Shown in pieces: positions 62,201 to 64,000 of a stretch of 64,000 nucleotides of DNA. Below the pieces are notes generated by a model. That model did not search any database. It saw nothing but the letters and a program-made list of their open reading frames with translations, and was not told the DNA's origin. The stretch lies in assembly GCA_004764695.1 (NCBI GenBank), contig SMSO01000031.1:3820436-3884435 (forward strand), given 5' to 3'. Every line of letters starts with the position of its first letter. Position 1 is the first letter of the stretch. The stretch comes from Schizochytrium sp. TIO01 (taxonomy: Eukaryota > Protista > Bigyra: Labyrinthulomycetes). Made by a program: the position numbers and the translations under genes.

Positions 62201-63969
62201 TTGGCTTCCGATCCGCTGTGTGCTGCAGTCATCTCCGAGGAATTCACAGGAAGGCTTTCGCCTCCAAAGCTCATCTTCTGCACAGAGGGTTTCGAGAGTG
62301 ACCCAAACGAAGTCTTAACTTGAGCAGAATCCCCGCTAGAGACAACCCTACTACGATTTTCAACTTGCTGAGGAGAACGAAAGTCAAGCTTAGCACCTTC
62401 AAATGCACGATCCTGGAGAGTACCCGGAGTAGACGGTGTGGGTTTTGCCCATGGTGTCTCGACACGACTGGCAATATCACGACCCGCATCACCATCCCGC
62501 GCTGAGCTGTACCGTGAAGCAGGTGTCTGAAATGAGACACGCGAAGTGGAGAGAGGACGTGCCTGTTCGGTCGCGCTGCGAGATACCTTGGGGGCTAGCT
62601 CCAGGCTGCGTGTTGGAATATCAGCCTCAAAGCTCGGTGTTGCCTGACTCATTCGGAATATTCTGGAGTCGCGAGATGAAGTTGCGATGGATGGCGTAGC
62701 CCATGTTGGGGGACGCCTCGAGCGCATATCCTCGAGGGGAGTAGACATCTTTCCGAGTGTCTGCATGATACGCTGTGCCACTGCTGCTTGCTGTCTCTGT
62801 CGTTTGGCTGAGCTCTCGTCCAATTCTTCACTCCCCCCCCGTGCACGTTTCGTTGCGCTCAGAAGTTGGGATGGACGACGTACTGCCGAACGGGAGGCTG
62901 AGCTTGCAGACCATGCAACCGACAGAGATGAGGTTCCGTGTCGAGCGCGAGAGGACGCTGCTCGTGAAGAATAAGGAGTAAACTGAGCAGACCGATCTAC
63001 CACTCGTGGGCTAGCAAATGATTGCAAGTTTGCACGCTTGTTCGGGGAGCCATTATCACTGTCTCCTGATGCATCCATAGGTCGCTTACGCCCATAATTA
63101 GCCTCTGGGGTGAATCTACGAACTTCAGGAGAAGCCCCAAATGTACTGGAGCTCGCACGCACCCCCTTGGGCGAAGAAGTGCGCCCTGTTCGATGAGAGC
63201 TGTTGCTCTTTGATTGACGCATCGTTTTTCGTGCTTTCGGAGATGGAGTTCTGTCGTTATTCTCGTCATCGTCAGAATCTTCCTCACCAGATGAGGATTC
63301 CTCAGAATCCTCTTCAGAGTCTGAGGATGAGACATCATCATCAGAGTTAGAGTCTGAATCAGACTCAGACTCCTCCTCGCTAGAGCTATCATCAGATTCA
63401 AGCTGTAGACGCTTTTTCACAATCGCTTTTCCCACATCCGGGTTTTCTTGGACCATCCGAAGAAGCTGTTGCATCTTGTCCTGCTTAGAACGATTGAGAG
63501 CAGGTTCCGAGGCCGGGGCAGATGAAGCTTCATCATCAGCTTCGATTCCGTCTTCGTCATCTCTATCCATGAGCCGAAGTTGCTCATTCACCTTGTACAA
63601 CTTTCTGCGAAGAGCCTCAGTGGAGCCTTCAGCACCCAAACTGAGGAAACGAAGGTTTTCTTGAAGTTGGGTTTTTGACATTTTGGCAATCTCCTGGCCA
63701 CGAAAATAACCAGCTCCTTGATTCGAAGAGAAAAGACTAGACCCTGCTTGGTTTTGAGCTAGCGAGTCTCGAACTCCGTTGAAATGGTTTGTAGGGGCCA
63801 TAGTCAAGTCTTCAACCGGGATAGCTTCCTGAGAAGATTTAGCCTTCGAAGTCGAAGGATCATTGTTCGTGTATGGTTCTGGATTATCGTGACTGGAGTC
63901 TGCTGCTCTGTGATCCTCGGCCCCTCCGCCTTCGTTGTTTCCTAGAACAACACGTTTAAGCCAGTCCAT
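59274..63969 (-). CDS. NUP153: Nup153/Nup1-like FG nucleoporin with SAP-like domain and two RanBP2 zinc fingers, ~1560 aa, split by one frameshift near 61115
   Basis: AQRIMQTLGKMSTPLED resembles the Nup153 ARRILQSLEKMSSPLAD motif. Two WKCPVCSCKN…CPSCEA fingers, many FxFG repeats, basic C-terminal tail RKMVVPTRR. The 5' end lies close to the window edge. Confidence 0.85.
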
Positions 63970-64000
63970 CTTGTTGCCGCTCAAAATAGAACTGCAACAA

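Overview
Eukaryotic nuclear DNA: intron-poor genes separated by long AT-rich spacers, and spliceosomal GT-AG introns with ACTAAC branch sites. Gene content and style suggest a stramenopile protist, possibly a thraustochytrid/labyrinthulomycete; this is inference, not proven. Twelve protein genes are supported: 3R-Myb, AcpS-type PPTase, RCC1+IPT/TIG protein, UPF0390/DUF2462-like small basic protein, an orphan transcription-factor-like protein, Rab8/Sec4, exocyst Sec10, an MMPL/RND transporter, Ipi1/TEX10, YqgF/RuvX nuclease, a Q86 polyglutamine coiled-coil protein and a Nup153-like nucleoporin with an apparent SAP domain. Three long genes are each broken by a single-base frameshift at a short homopolymer, most likely assembly errors. 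A ~12.5 kb gene-free island (38.4-51 kb) holds four copies of a 360-490 bp TGTC...GACA solo-LTR-like element, two of them as an inverted pair, plus a decayed gag-like ORF. The best leads are this element family, the SAP-bearing Nup153, a recurrent TACCTAG(GTA) motif about 300 bp upstream of several genes, a hairpin-packed intron, and the overlapping Ipi1/YqgF 3' ends. No rRNA, tRNA or CRISPR array was found, and no clearly novel multi-gene system could be proven from sequence alone.
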